DNA from: Chitinispirillaceae bacterium
GTDB lineage: Bacteria; Fibrobacterota; Chitinivibrionia; Chitinivibrionales; Chitinispirillaceae
Direction: 5' to 3'
Assembly (NCBI GenBank): GCA_016930275.1
Contig: JAFGHA010000179.1
Span: 1 to 24,672 of the forward strand
Length of the DNA stretch: 24,672 nt
Below, one piece after another: positions 17,505 through 24,672 of this stretch. Each line of letters begins with the position of its first letter. Position 1 is the first letter of the stretch. The position numbers and the translations under genes were made by a program. Below the pieces are notes generated by a model. That model searched no databases. It was given only the letters and a program-made list of their open reading frames with translations, and was not told the origin of the DNA.

Positions 17505-18089
17505 TTACACCTCTCCGAATAACTGTTCCACCAGATGCTGCAACTGCCCCACCAGTGGTTCGCACCGAAGCCCCGTAGACCGTTTTCCGAACAGACGTAC
17601 CAGTTCCCGGTAATACCACCGGGCTCCATCCTTTCCACCGTTGAAACGCTCCCAGACCATATCACCGGCAATCGCGACATCTGCAGCGATATCACTGAGG
17701 TTACAGAATTTATCCGCCGCGGCAACGGCGAGAGCTTGCTCATCAACGGTCATCAGCCGGGTAATGGTCCGCTGCTTTTTTCCCCGCCACCCGTCATCCT
17801 GATCATGAAAGGTCACCTGCTCAACAATACCGGTAATTCCCTCACCGAACTCTCCCGCCAGTTCACTGCGGGTCACGGTGGTATCCTCCAGTACATCATG
17901 CAGTATACCGGCCGTTACCACCGGATCGTCACACCCGAGCCGTACCAGTGTGCGGGCGACGTCGAGCGGATGACAGAGGTACGGTATGCGGGTGCATTTC
18001 CGGAATTGCCCCGCATGCGCCCGGGCTGCGAAAACCGTAGCTTTGAAAACAAACGTTCCCTCAACGGAATTGTTTCGCCAATTCTCCAC
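17505..18089 (-). CDS. stand-alone HD-domain (p)ppGpp-hydrolase-like protein (small alarmone hydrolase / SpoT-Mesh1 HD_4 type)
   Basis: GTG start with GAAAGG upstream. ARAHAGQFRKCTRIPYLCHPLDVA...AGILHDVLEDTTVT...EFGEGITGIVEQVT matches the H..Q.R / PY..HP..VA / LHD..EDT / FG..v...V..vT signature of SpoT-type hydrolase domains. The later AAADKFCNL corresponds to the ADRL.N helix. Confidence 0.85.
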   Translation of the reverse strand: MENWRNNSVEGTFVFKATVFAARAHAGQFRKCTRIPYLCHPLDVARTLVRLGCDDPVVTAGILHDVLEDTTVTRSELAGEFGEGITGIVEQVTFHDQDDGWRGKKQRTITRLMTVDEQALAVAAADKFCNLSDIAADVAIAGDMVWERFNGGKDGARWYYRELVRLFGKRSTGLRCEPLVGQLQHLVEQLFGEV

Positions 18090-18342
18090 AAAAAACCTTT
18101 CAGAATATGCAGCACCGGAAAAGTGAATGAACGGACTGCTGCGGTGCGAACAGAAAACGGATCAGACAGGGTGAAGGACCGGCAGACGGCCCGGAAAAGA
18201 TAAAATAGTTTGTCAACTCCGCGAAAGCACGTTTTTATTGATTTTACGGTATTGCCCTGCCGGGCATGAAAAACATCTGCGCTATAAATACGGTGGAAGT
18301 ACCGGAAGGATACCGGGTAACATGAGAAGAAGGAACAGCCGG

Positions 18343-18615
18343 TTATTTACCGGCACTTTTTTTACACGCTTCGACCGCGTCATTGCACTGCATCCGGTAT
18401 GCCTTGAGAATATTCTCGGCATCCTTTTTCTCATCGTCGGAGAGTTTCTGAAACGTGGCCTCGAATTCCCGCGCCTCTTTGCAGATATCCTTCATGTGAT
18501 TGCAGTAAGGGGTATCGGGAAGCTTGGCGGTATTGACGAACTCCGCCCCTCCGCAACCGGTTGCACCCATAACCGACAGCACCACAGACAGCACCGGTAG
18601 AATTCGTTTTTCCAT
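18343..18615 (-). CDS. small lipoprotein (hypothetical)
   Basis: The track ORF starts at 18633, but the second ATG (18615) has AAAGGAA about 7 nt upstream. MEKRILPVLSVVLSVMGATG|C is a signal peptide with a lipobox-like ATGC. The mature part is a helical, Cys-containing 65-aa domain. Confidence 0.6.
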   Translation of the reverse strand: MEKRILPVLSVVLSVMGATGCGGAEFVNTAKLPDTPYCNHMKDICKEAREFEATFQKLSDDEKKDAENILKAYRMQCNDAVEACKKSAGK

Positions 18616-18891
18616 GAAGGATTCCTTTCGCATGTTCCGGAGTCAGAGCCGCGGGAGAGATCCGGATAGTTCCGAAAATACCGACCGCAACCACATCGTG
18701 AAAATATACTTTCGGAATTGCAGTTGCGCGACGACGGAATGCTCGGTAACCTGCTCAGAGAGGACTTCACGCAAATGATATTCAGCCTGTACACTAGCTG
18801 CAACGGCCGTCGACGGCAGCTCCGCGACGATGGTACCTGCTGTACGCTGACGCGATTCAGCCACCGGTGACATTCGAGGTCACGATGAGAA

Positions 18892-20427
18892 TTATTTCAT
18901 CTGCAACTGCGGCAATTCCGTTGCAGCCGGTCCGAATGTTTTTATTTGCAGACGACAGGTCCGGTCAACGGCCACCGACGGCAACAGCCGTCCTGAAAGA
19001 TCGAAAACTTTTACTGCTCCATACCGCCCGCCGATCTTTCCGTTAACCGGGTATAAAGCATCCGGCAACGGTACCGGATAACTACCGGTCGGGTCCCGGT
19101 ATTCAAATGCACCCAGATCGGGGGCTGCTCCGGTAAACGGCAGTCCGACGTCCTCGCCTTTGTCGATAAGTTCGCTCCCGGCCGAGAGGTGCAGAAATTT
19201 GACATCAGGAAGACTGCCGTCGGCTTTGCGGGGCCCAAAGACTCCGGCGGTGTCCACGCTCAGGAAATCAGACTCGGAGATGTTCAGACCGGTAATGTCC
19301 CATGAATTGTGGGATGCATCGATCCCGGCACCTTCACAGTTTCTTACGACTCCGTTGTAGGAAAGGTTGTTTCGCAGGATGGCTTTATCGACCCTGGTAT
19401 AACTCTCTCCTCCCTGATAATCGATACCCTGCATAAAAACATTGCCGCCTTTATTGCCGAACGACGTATTGTTATACCATTTGCACGCGACAGGATGATA
19501 ATTTGCATTCAACCCCCGGTCACCGTTTAAAAACGAGACGCAGTTCCTGACGATGTTCTGCGGCACCACCGCAGGGACCCGGTTGGGCGGCAGATCGTAC
19601 CCGCCTGCTTTAATACCCTGCCCGTTGCCGGAGAGTGGCCGTTCCATCAGACCGGGCTTGTAACCGTTAAGCCAGAACCAGCTGTTTTCAAAGATAACCG
19701 CTGTATTCTGATGAATGCAGTCAATACCGTCATCGGAGTTCCACCACCCCCGGCAGCCGCTGACAATGGTGGTATCCGTGGCCGCCGTCTGGTAATGCAC
19801 ACCGAAACCATCGGCATTCTGCCCGTCACCCTGACTTGACAACGGATCGTAATTGTCGTGCGAATCACAGTTGAGTACCCGATGTCCTCCATCGCCGTAG
19901 GCGAAAAAAAGTCCTGTCCCGCCGTTGTGATGAAATTCGCACAATTCAAAGGTGATATGGCTGCTGTGATCGACCAGTACACAGTTTGGGGTGGCACCGG
20001 TGAGCTGAGGCACATTGCAGAATTCAAGTCCCTTGAAATAGAGCCAGTCGCTGTTGCTGACCGTTACCCCGTTGGCCTGAGTGCGGATTCCCGAAAAATC
20101 GAACACCGGCCGTTCCTTCTGATATGCAAGGAAATAAATTCTTCGCGTATCTGAGGCGCCGCTTTTGCGGATGGTGATCCCCGCAGTCTGCTCGTAGGTG
20201 CCGCCGCGAAAATAAACGGTATCTTCCGCACTCGCGACAGTACACCCTTTACTGAGCGACTTGAAGGGTTTCTCGAATGTTCCCGCATCACCATCGTTGC
20301 CGCCCGGGGCAACATAGTAGGTTTCTGCATAGAGCAGACCTGCTGCTGCAACGATAAATGCAGAAAACCATTGATACCATCCGGAGGCTCCGATACAAGT
20401 CCATACAGTCATTTTCAACCTCATCAT
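18892..20427 (-). CDS. secreted right-handed parallel beta-helix protein, pectate-lyase-like (PL9/DUF1565 type)
   Basis: AAGGAG lies 4 nt upstream of the ATG and an N-terminal hydrophobic signal or anchor is present. The entry motif YYVAPGGNDGDAGTFEKPFKSL is followed by HDNYDP...GQNADGF and repeated N/G-rich beta-helix turns. The C-terminal VKVFDLSGRLL segment resembles a secretion or sorting beta-sandwich tail. Confidence 0.8.
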   Translation of the reverse strand: MMRLKMTVWTCIGASGWYQWFSAFIVAAAGLLYAETYYVAPGGNDGDAGTFEKPFKSLSKGCTVASAEDTVYFRGGTYEQTAGITIRKSGASDTRRIYFLAYQKERPVFDFSGIRTQANGVTVSNSDWLYFKGLEFCNVPQLTGATPNCVLVDHSSHITFELCEFHHNGGTGLFFAYGDGGHRVLNCDSHDNYDPLSSQGDGQNADGFGVHYQTAATDTTIVSGCRGWWNSDDGIDCIHQNTAVIFENSWFWLNGYKPGLMERPLSGNGQGIKAGGYDLPPNRVPAVVPQNIVRNCVSFLNGDRGLNANYHPVACKWYNNTSFGNKGGNVFMQGIDYQGGESYTRVDKAILRNNLSYNGVVRNCEGAGIDASHNSWDITGLNISESDFLSVDTAGVFGPRKADGSLPDVKFLHLSAGSELIDKGEDVGLPFTGAAPDLGAFEYRDPTGSYPVPLPDALYPVNGKIGGRYGAVKVFDLSGRLLPSVAVDRTCRLQIKTFGPAATELPQLQMK

Positions 20428-20580
20428 CCATCTCCTTACCGGTAATGATTACACAAGAAATAGAATATAAGCCCCGGCTGATAATTTCAACCGACTGCGG
20501 CATCGGATACCCGGCGTTGTGACACTGAAATCAGCAGGTACGGGATCCGGCCGGCAGACGTATCAGCCCCTATTCTCCCT

Positions 20581-20606
20581 CTGCAGGTGAAAATAGGCAC
20601 CTGCAG
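20581..20606. promoter_or_regulatory. perfect 9-bp stem-loop upstream of the beta-helix gene
   Basis: CTGCAGGTG (20581-20589) pairs with CACCTGCAG (20598-20606) around an 8-nt loop AAAATAGG. The loop bases AATAGG are complementary to CCTATT at 20569-20574. Confidence 0.4.
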
Positions 20607-20752
20607 TAAAAACAGTCAAGGTACCGGCCATACTGCCGTAGAAGAATGTGGATATTATGCCGAAGCGTGCAGGAGCGGTTGGTGAATCGGTGCAGTCAAC
20701 TGCCGATACCCCGTTGGACTTCCGATCGGAAAGGGACCCGTACAAACAGTTT

Positions 20753-22330
20753 CTATAAATGCTTCAACACCAGGTTCCCGGTGGTAATCCCGGCGTCAAT
20801 TGATCCCATGACCCCGCCGAATGAGGTGAACGGCCCGGCAAGATAGAGGTTTTTAACCGGTGTTTCAGGTTGGGTCCGTTTGGAGAGGATCTGATCCGAC
20901 GTATACGCCGCACCCGCGAATGCACCGGAAGGGATCCCCGAATAATGCCGCATCGTACGGGGAGTGCCGCTGACCACCACATCCGCCAGTTCCCGCACCG
21001 GCATTCCGGTGATTTTTTCAACCTTCGAAAGTATTGTATCTGTTGTCAACTTTTTCTTCTTCTCATACGCTTCGGGAGAAAGCGTACCCCAGTCACCCAT
21101 CATCATACCTTCGGCAATACAGACGCGTACCGTCTTCTCTGCCGAAGGTATGTCGCCGGGCTCCGTATAGTTGGAGAAAATGAACGAGGTATCTGCCCTG
21201 CCCTGAGGAGTTGTCGCCTTCATCTGCATCGAGTAGCGTTCTGAGATGTCCCGGGTTGAATCGAAAAATGTTGTTGAAGCATTGAATCCGAATTCACGCG
21301 GATCCCGTTTCAAACCAAGGTATATCTGATATACCGAACTGGTCGGTACGACCCCGGTGACTTTCCTGACATATTCATCAGGCAACTGATCTGACGGTAT
21401 CATGGTTCCGAAGGTATCATTGGTATTTATCGCTGATATCACGGTATCCGCCGTGAATATTTTTCCGTCTCCGGTGACCACTCCGGTTGCGGTTCCGGCC
21501 GAAACCAGAATCTGCTTTACCGTACAGTTCGTGTATATCTTTCCTCCGTTTCCGGAGATACGTTTCTCCAGTTCATGGATCAGTACCGACGAGCCGCCCT
21601 TTACCAGATACGGTGCATCCTCCATGTACAGATAGTTGAGCATATTCATCACAAAAGCATTCAGGTGTTCCGGATCCGTCGCCAGATAACATGAGTAAAC
21701 TCCAAGCAGCCAGCGCAACCGTTCATTACCGACAAAGTTAATCGCATCGATGAACCGGGTATTCGCGAACCGAACCACCGGCCGGTATCGCAATTTTCCT
21801 ATCTCCCGGACGATTCCTTTTCCTTTATTGAGCATGAGTGCAAATAGTGCATCAAGCGACACCTTTTGGGGATCACGGCCGATTGCTTTGAGCATACAGG
21901 CTTTTCTACCGCACCGGTAAAACATATTCAACGCCTTTTTCACCTCATTTGTGTTTTCGGGAAAGTATCCGCGAAGTACGTCATGAATCGCAGCATAGCC
22001 TGTCGGTAACAGATAGCGGTCTTCGATTGCACCGGTAGTCCGGTTGAATGCAACCACTTCACACAATGAAGACGATTTCACCAGAGGCAGATTGTCGATT
22101 CCGAGCTTTTCAAACATTTTCCGTCCATATACCGGCATGCCACATCCGGCCATCTGATGTGTTGACGCTTCGAAGAGATATTTTCCCCGCTTGAACGTAT
22201 GAACAAAACCGCCGCATTTATCGAGCCGCTCCAGAAGTTTTACCCGGACTCCCATCCGTGAGAGAAAAGCGGCAACCGAAAGTCCTGAAAGTCCGGCCCC
22301 GATAATGATTACCGAGCTGTTTTTTTCCAT
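20753..22330 (-). CDS. FAD-dependent oxidoreductase of the phytoene desaturase (CrtI) / amine-oxidase superfamily
   Basis: VIIIGAGLSGLSVAAFLSRMGVRVKLLERLDKCGG is a classic GxGxxG...E...GG dinucleotide-binding start. The C-terminal LYLAGPFTSFGGVMGSIDAG matches the FAD-binding tail of this family. I chose the ATG at 22330 (TGGAG 8 nt upstream) over the TTG at 22366 used by the ORF track. Confidence 0.85.
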   Translation of the reverse strand: MEKNSSVIIIGAGLSGLSVAAFLSRMGVRVKLLERLDKCGGFVHTFKRGKYLFEASTHQMAGCGMPVYGRKMFEKLGIDNLPLVKSSSLCEVVAFNRTTGAIEDRYLLPTGYAAIHDVLRGYFPENTNEVKKALNMFYRCGRKACMLKAIGRDPQKVSLDALFALMLNKGKGIVREIGKLRYRPVVRFANTRFIDAINFVGNERLRWLLGVYSCYLATDPEHLNAFVMNMLNYLYMEDAPYLVKGGSSVLIHELEKRISGNGGKIYTNCTVKQILVSAGTATGVVTGDGKIFTADTVISAINTNDTFGTMIPSDQLPDEYVRKVTGVVPTSSVYQIYLGLKRDPREFGFNASTTFFDSTRDISERYSMQMKATTPQGRADTSFIFSNYTEPGDIPSAEKTVRVCIAEGMMMGDWGTLSPEAYEKKKKLTTDTILSKVEKITGMPVRELADVVVSGTPRTMRHYSGIPSGAFAGAAYTSDQILSKRTQPETPVKNLYLAGPFTSFGGVMGSIDAGITTGNLVLKHL

Positions 22331-23184
22331 GACGATACTCCATTTTTTCACGGTGGTGTGCCGCAACTGAAAATCACCAGCATTACGTTAATCGGATGCC
22401 CGTCGCATCCGGTTCTTCAAAATAGGTATCCAGTACGGTGAAAGGCAACACAAAGTATGATTGTCACAAGGTACTATAACCGGATGACAACTGCGGAAGG
22501 CTCCCTCACCTCCGTCATTCCCCCAAATCCCGGGACGCTCCCGCTTCACCATTCACCTTTTCCGTCCCCCGAAGGCGGGACTTTCATACTACAATACATT
22601 CATGAACCCGTAGTAAAACGAAAATCCCACCCTGGTTCGATTCCACTCCACAAGTTGGGGGAAGGAAACAGGTAGCAATGAAATGAGAGCATCCTGAGAG
22701 ACACGGTAGCGGTGTCGGGATAAAAAACAGAAGGTGAGAAGCTGATTTAAATGTTCAAAAAGCAAGTGGCAAGATACTTGAATTTGTTAATCCGCCGAAT
22801 CTCCCGGCGTCTCTTGCCATAATTCACCTCAACCACGAAGCATGGTAACAAATAGGAAGTAATTTGAACGATCTGGAATAGCTACCGGTATTTATTAAAA
22901 AAATACGCTTGAAAAACGCAGGTAACAAAATTGCTAAAACCTATGGCTTCATGGGAAGTCTTTTATCAACACTACTATGGCATGATGTGGAAAAAAAATG
23001 AAAAACTTTCCATTTAATAGCGTATATTACTGATACACAATGGGGAGACCTTCAAAAAAAGGTGTTCATCTTTACCTTCAACACCACAATTTAAGCACTT
23101 AAACGATCAGCGGAGGGCAGTAATCTGAAGCTGTCTTCTGATGGTATTTCATGAGTTATATCAACGTGCGTAAGGAGGTTCCCT

Positions 23185-24672
23185 ATGGCTATGCACAGTG
23201 CAGTATGTTTATTCTTGTTGATTGCCATGACGATCAACGCCCAAAATCAAACTATCAATCTTCGCGGTAAAGTCACCGGCACTGGTGACACTCCCGTATC
23301 CGGTGCCATCGTTACCCTCGTCAACCAGGATCTCTCGGACACCACCGGTTCGGATGGTATGTATGAGATCACGCAAACCACCGACGTAATCGCAGTTCAG
23401 GAACTGCAGCCTGAATACAAGAATTTCATCGTCGAAAAAGGTGCGCTTGTATTCAGCCTTCCTGAAGCTACTCCACTTAAAATTGAATTGTTTGACGTTA
23501 AAGGAAACCTTCTGAAGCGCGAAGCGATGTCGAGTGTTCCGAAAGGATTCTACCGTTTCGGTATCGCCGAAAACCTCCGGGCTGCCAGAGTGCTCATTAT
23601 CCGGGTGGTTATGGGAAGTGATGCGAAGACATTCCGCTATTTGCCGCTGAAAAACGGAAGTTATGTTATCGATCAGATACCTTCGGGCACTGCACCAGCT
23701 CAGGGAAGCCGGCTGATGAAGATCGCCGCGATAAACGATACGCTCAAAATCACGGCGAATGGGTATAAAGAAAAAAAGCAGGCGATTGTTTCGTACGATC
23801 AGGAAATGAATGTCACACTGGAAGTGGAAAGTTCCTCTTCCGATACCGGGAGGAGTGTCGGTTGCGGCAAGGAATTGGGATCCATAAATAAATCCGGTAC
23901 CTACCATATTTCCAGTGCCGGAGGCAGAGGAGACTACATCGTCGATATCCCGACTAACTACGATAAGGATAAACCCTACCGTTTAATTTTCGGTATGCAC
24001 TGCATGGGCGGAAGTGCCGTAAAAGTTGCAGGCACCGATGGCGGAAGAGATCAAACTGCATACTATTATCATGTTAAAACCCAGGCGGACAAAGACAATA
24101 TCCAGTGTATTTATGTTGCTCCACAGGGTGATGGGGGCGGTACCTGGAGTGCTTCTAATGACCCTAAATTCTTTTCCGACATACTGAAAACAATGAAGGA
24201 CAATTTATGCATTGATACCACACGTGTTTTTGTCTGTGGTTTCAGTTTCGGTGCAATGTTCTCGTATGCGCTTTCATTGGCATATCCGGAACAGATACGG
24301 GCAGTAGCCTGCTATGCTCCCGCCAACTGGAATTTTAATCCTCAGCCGACCAACAGGCATATTCCGATTGCCTATTATCAGACAACAGGCACCAGCGATG
24401 GAACCTGCAAATGGATCAATAATGACGGAAATAAAACCGGTGGTAAATATTGCCTCCTGCAACATGCCGAAGACAATGGGTGTACTACCAGTGGTGAAAT
24501 CAAACTTGCAAACAGTGGCACGCATGTCGTCACTGAGTTTCAGGGATGTGATGAAGGATACCCGGTAAAATTCAGCTCATTTCAGGGCGGGCATCAGTGC
24601 AATGCGACGGATGCAGGAACTAATTTTGACTGGATACCGGTTGAGACCTGGGAATTTTTCAAGCAATTCTAA
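23185..24672 (+). CDS. secreted serine esterase (PHB-depolymerase / feruloyl-esterase CE1-like) with N-terminal carboxypeptidase-regulatory-like and beta-sandwich domains
   Basis: TAAGGAGG lies 6 nt upstream of the ATG and the signal peptide is MAMHSAVCLFLLIAMTINAQ. INLRGKVTG...GAIVTLVN...TGSDGMYEI is CarboxypepD_reg-like. The catalytic half has LIFGMHCMGGS and the nucleophile elbow VCGFSFGAMFSYALS (GxSxG). TAA falls at 24670-24672. Confidence 0.8.
   Translation: MAMHSAVCLFLLIAMTINAQNQTINLRGKVTGTGDTPVSGAIVTLVNQDLSDTTGSDGMYEITQTTDVIAVQELQPEYKNFIVEKGALVFSLPEATPLKIELFDVKGNLLKREAMSSVPKGFYRFGIAENLRAARVLIIRVVMGSDAKTFRYLPLKNGSYVIDQIPSGTAPAQGSRLMKIAAINDTLKITANGYKEKKQAIVSYDQEMNVTLEVESSSSDTGRSVGCGKELGSINKSGTYHISSAGGRGDYIVDIPTNYDKDKPYRLIFGMHCMGGSAVKVAGTDGGRDQTAYYYHVKTQADKDNIQCIYVAPQGDGGGTWSASNDPKFFSDILKTMKDNLCIDTTRVFVCGFSFGAMFSYALSLAYPEQIRAVACYAPANWNFNPQPTNRHIPIAYYQTTGTSDGTCKWINNDGNKTGGKYCLLQHAEDNGCTTSGEIKLANSGTHVVTEFQGCDEGYPVKFSSFQGGHQCNATDAGTNFDWIPVETWEFFKQF

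Noticed and set aside
18643-18873. 76-aa - strand ORF filling the gap between the beta-helix gene and the lipoprotein gene
   Set aside because: I see no Shine-Dalgarno sequence upstream of its ATG and no recognisable motif or TM segment. A real small protein is possible, but I cannot support it.
20563-20745. 60-aa - strand ORF with one hydrophobic stretch
   Set aside because: It overlaps the strong 9-bp stem-loop at 20581-20606, lacks an RBS, and sits in what is more plausibly the leader or promoter region of the beta-helix gene.
22560-22590. GAAAGTCCC on the - strand, reminiscent of the RNase P RNA GGAAAGUCCGGGC core
   Set aside because: The surrounding sequence lacks the other universally conserved RNase P blocks (for example the ACAGAA...GGCUUA region), and the available non-coding space does not fold into P1-P4 by eye.
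22630-22660. tRNA-like T-loop string GGTTCGATTCC
   Set aside because: Only 3 bp of a T-stem can form (CCTGG versus CCACT). No acceptor stem, anticodon arm or CCA context is present. It is most likely a chance match.
22457-22675. 72-aa + strand ORF in the long spacer
   Set aside because: It has a Pro/Ser/Thr/Gly-rich low-complexity product, no RBS, and sits in a region better explained as non-coding or structured.
22690-22735. GAGAG-ACACGG...GGGAUAAAAAAC on the + strand, resembling the 3' half of the ykkC (guanidine-I / ppGpp / PRPP) riboswitch consensus as I remember it
   Set aside because: The resemblance is tempting given the RelA/SpoT cluster nearby. However, the GGG is not followed by a pairing CCC (no P3) and the 5' CUAGGGUUCCG block is only weakly matched (CCCTGGTTCGA). 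The nearest + strand gene starts about 450 nt downstream. It needs Infernal to settle, so I do not claim it.
23209-23907. 232-aa - strand ORF
   Set aside because: It is antisense to the esterase gene, which has a strong RBS, a signal peptide and a GxSxG motif.
1-24672. Search for CRISPR arrays, IS elements, integrases, phage genes, and tRNA or rRNA genes
   Set aside because: I saw no regularly spaced direct repeats, no transposase, recombinase or phage-structural motifs in any listed ORF, and no cloverleaf or rRNA-like conserved blocks.

Overview
The window is 24.7 kb of bacterial chromosome; the taxon cannot be determined from the sequence. I found no rRNA, tRNA, CRISPR array, transposase or integrase. 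The flanks look like ordinary metabolism and carbohydrate turnover. On the left (1-6027, + strand) are a TPR-like fragment, a GH57 glucan enzyme, a flavodoxin/ferredoxin fusion, a YihY/BrkB membrane protein and a few small hypotheticals. On the right (18343-24672) are a lipoprotein, a pectate-lyase-like beta-helix protein, a CrtI-family FAD oxidoreductase and a secreted esterase. The centre (6128-18089, almost all on the - strand) is unusual. It encodes a small HD (p)ppGpp-hydrolase-like protein. Next comes an 899-aa fusion of a RelA/SpoT nucleotidyltransferase, a helical linker, a SLOG/LSDAT domain and a RyR-like domain. Two paralogous membrane-anchored TIR proteins follow. One is fused to a degenerate FtsW/RodA (SEDS)-like polytopic domain. 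The other is fused to a single TM helix, at least 22 copies of a 32-aa repeat and a PDZ-like domain. After an opposite-strand secreted thioredoxin-like gene with a WAAPC site comes a channel-like 2TM protein with two TrkA-N/RCK domains and a RyR-like domain. The combination of TIR, a SLOG-linked effector and a hydrolase resembles Thoeris and toxSAS/SAH toxin-antitoxin logic. I do not recognise the specific architectures as any characterised system, and this cluster is the main candidate for something new. All domain calls come from reading motifs in the supplied translations and need HMM or structure confirmation.
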